Source: Trueperaceae bacterium
GTDB lineage: Bacteria > Deinococcota > Deinococci > Deinococcales > Trueperaceae
Length of the DNA: 64,000 bases
NCBI GenBank assembly: GCA_965214405.1
Contig: OZ243956.1
Span: 3,168,001-3,232,000, forward strand
Reading direction: 5' to 3'
The notes under the pieces are model-generated. The model was not told the origin of the DNA, ran no database searches, and saw only the letters and a program-made list of their open reading frames with translations. Below, one piece after another: positions 62,472 through 64,000 of this stretch. A program made the translations under genes and the position numbers. The stretch's first letter is position 1; each line of letters starts with the position of its first letter.

Positions 62472-64000
62472 CTAACGCGTTCTCTTGACAACAAGCGCCG
62501 TGGCGTTGTCGGGCGCACCTGCTTGAAGCGCCTCGTCGACCAGTGCCTCGGCGAGAGCCTGGGAATCGTCCACGTGGTGCTCGACCAAGATGCGAAGGCG
62601 CGCGTCATCGACTTCGCCCCAGACGCCGTCGGACATCAGGATAAGCGTGTCACCCGCGGTCAGCGTCATCGTTTGGGCAGAGTGGACCGGCTCGAGGCCG
62701 TCGATATAGCCCGCCTGGTATCGGCGCACCGAGCCGAGCGAGCGTAAAATCTTGTTCCGGTCGGGGCTGGACTTCGCTTCTTCGGCTGTTATCATGCCGT
62801 TCGCCAGGAGGGCGTTGACCAAAGAATGGTCTTTGGTGAGAGGGGCGAGCCCCTGCCCGTTAGCGAGGTAAGCGCGGGTGTCGCCGACGTGAGCCAAGCT
62901 CAGCCGGTTGCCGATGATTACCACGCCGGTGAGGGTGCAGCCGCCGTCCTGACCCGACAAAACCTCCAGCACCGCCTCGTTGGCGCGCCAGGCGAGGTGC
63001 AGCGTCCACTCGGCCTGGGCCTGCGCCGTGTCGAGGGGCCGGGAGGGGGTGTCCCTGCAAAAGGTCTCCACCGCCGCCCGGCTCGCCCGTTCGCCCGCCG
63101 CCTCGCCCCCCATGCCGTCCGCCACGCAGGCGCGGAGCATTTGACTTAAACCGCCGTAACTCTCCACCACGTCGTACACGTAGCCGTAGCCGTCTTCATT
63201 GACCGGCCTGTCGACGTTGAGCCCCACGGTAGTGGCGGCGCCTATCCCAAAAACAGGTCTTTCCGCACCATGTTGCTCTTTAAGCGCCTTGACCGCCCGA
63301 ACGAACGCCTCGGGCTCCGTTCGTTCAGAAACGCCCCCCAGCGCGGCGAACAACAGTTGAGGCAAACCGGGGACCTTGATATCCTTTAGCATCAATAAAC
63401 TCGGGCCTTCGGGTGGCGGCGCTCTCCCCGTCAGGAGCTGAAGGGAGAGCGCGGCGAGCGCGTAGACGCCCTCCTTGCCGGTCGCCGCGGCCCCGGCTTG
63501 CACCTCGGGCGCGGTGTAGCCTTCGCGGTAGAAGTTCGGCAGCGGGTCGCCGAGGGGCGCGAGGTGAGGCGGATACCGCAGGCACAGCCCCGCCTCCGTC
63601 AGCAGCAGCCCGTCGGGGTCTAGATACAAAACCGCCTGCCCCTGCACCTCGAAAAAACGAACGAGCTGCGCGAGGGCGAGCGTGTACGTCAGCGCTTGCT
63701 CGAGCCCCACCGGCGTCTCAATAACTTGCCCCTCAACGTAGGCCACAGCGAAGCCCTCGGGACCGTTGTAGAGGACGCGGGGCAGCAGCGGGTGTTTGGG
63801 GAGGCGGTTCCAGACCTCGAGCCGCGGCTGGGGTTGAACCAGGATGGGCTCACCCGTTTCCTGACGGTGCGCGCGGTACCAGCCGCGCGGCAGCGCCGCC
63901 TGGACGGTAAAAGTGACGTCATCCCAGGTGTATTCGGTCCCCTCCTCGAGCGTCGCTTCATCCAAAGTAGAGGGATAGATGGCTTCTTCCAAGAAGCCGT
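62472..64000 (-). CDS. Kinase-like domain fused to a PP2C phosphatase, 5'-partial
   Basis: PP2C motifs NED, VADGMGG, HVGDTRAY, LTKDHS, SDG, DNAT; kinase-like HPLLPRV and GYTAPEV; frame is open to the window edge. Confidence 0.85.
   Translation of the reverse strand, partial: GFLEEAIYPSTLDEATLEEGTEYTWDDVTFTVQAALPRGWYRAHRQETGEPILVQPQPRLEVWNRLPKHPLLPRVLYNGPEGFAVAYVEGQVIETPVGLEQALTYTLALAQLVRFFEVQGQAVLYLDPDGLLLTEAGLCLRYPPHLAPLGDPLPNFYREGYTAPEVQAGAAATGKEGVYALAALSLQLLTGRAPPPEGPSLLMLKDIKVPGLPQLLFAALGGVSERTEPEAFVRAVKALKEQHGAERPVFGIGAATTVGLNVDRPVNEDGYGYVYDVVESYGGLSQMLRACVADGMGGEAAGERASRAAVETFCRDTPSRPLDTAQAQAEWTLHLAWRANEAVLEVLSGQDGGCTLTGVVIIGNRLSLAHVGDTRAYLANGQGLAPLTKDHSLVNALLANGMITAEEAKSSPDRNKILRSLGSVRRYQAGYIDGLEPVHSAQTMTLTAGDTLILMSDGVWGEVDDARLRILVEHHVDDSQALAEALVDEALQAGAPDNATALVVKRTR

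Overview
A GC-rich bacterial chromosome segment, most consistent with Deinococcota (Truepera-like). This rests on the 1524-aa RpoC with the large Thermus/Deinococcus-type N-terminal insertion, the yceD-rpmF-fabH-fabD-fabG-acpP-fabF order without plsX, and many leaderless genes. The left half is mostly core genes: fatty-acid synthesis, two peptidases, xdhAB-(Uma2)-xdhC-aceB, a four-tRNA/tuf/rpmG/secE/nusG/rplKAJL/rpoBC superoperon and carD. The right half holds ddl, an osmoprotectant ABC transporter, MarR, an MMPL/ABC export module, msrA, a partly deleted creatininase-SDR operon, a coupled pair of divergent SPFH proteins, a GT4/GT4/GH130 cluster and a pseudokinase-PP2C fusion cut by the window edge. 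No CRISPR array, transposase, integrase or prophage was seen. The most notable unexplained signals are: (1) strong over-representation of the palindrome CTCGAG (HIP-like); (2) the orphan SPFH heteropair; (3) a covarying hairpin repeated in tRNA spacers; (4) an internally duplicated orphan protein with an out-of-frame signal-peptide-like leader; (5) a 23-bp tandem and dispersed motif; (6) gene remnants missed or only partly captured by the ORF track. All calls come from reading the sequence by eye; no database searches were run.
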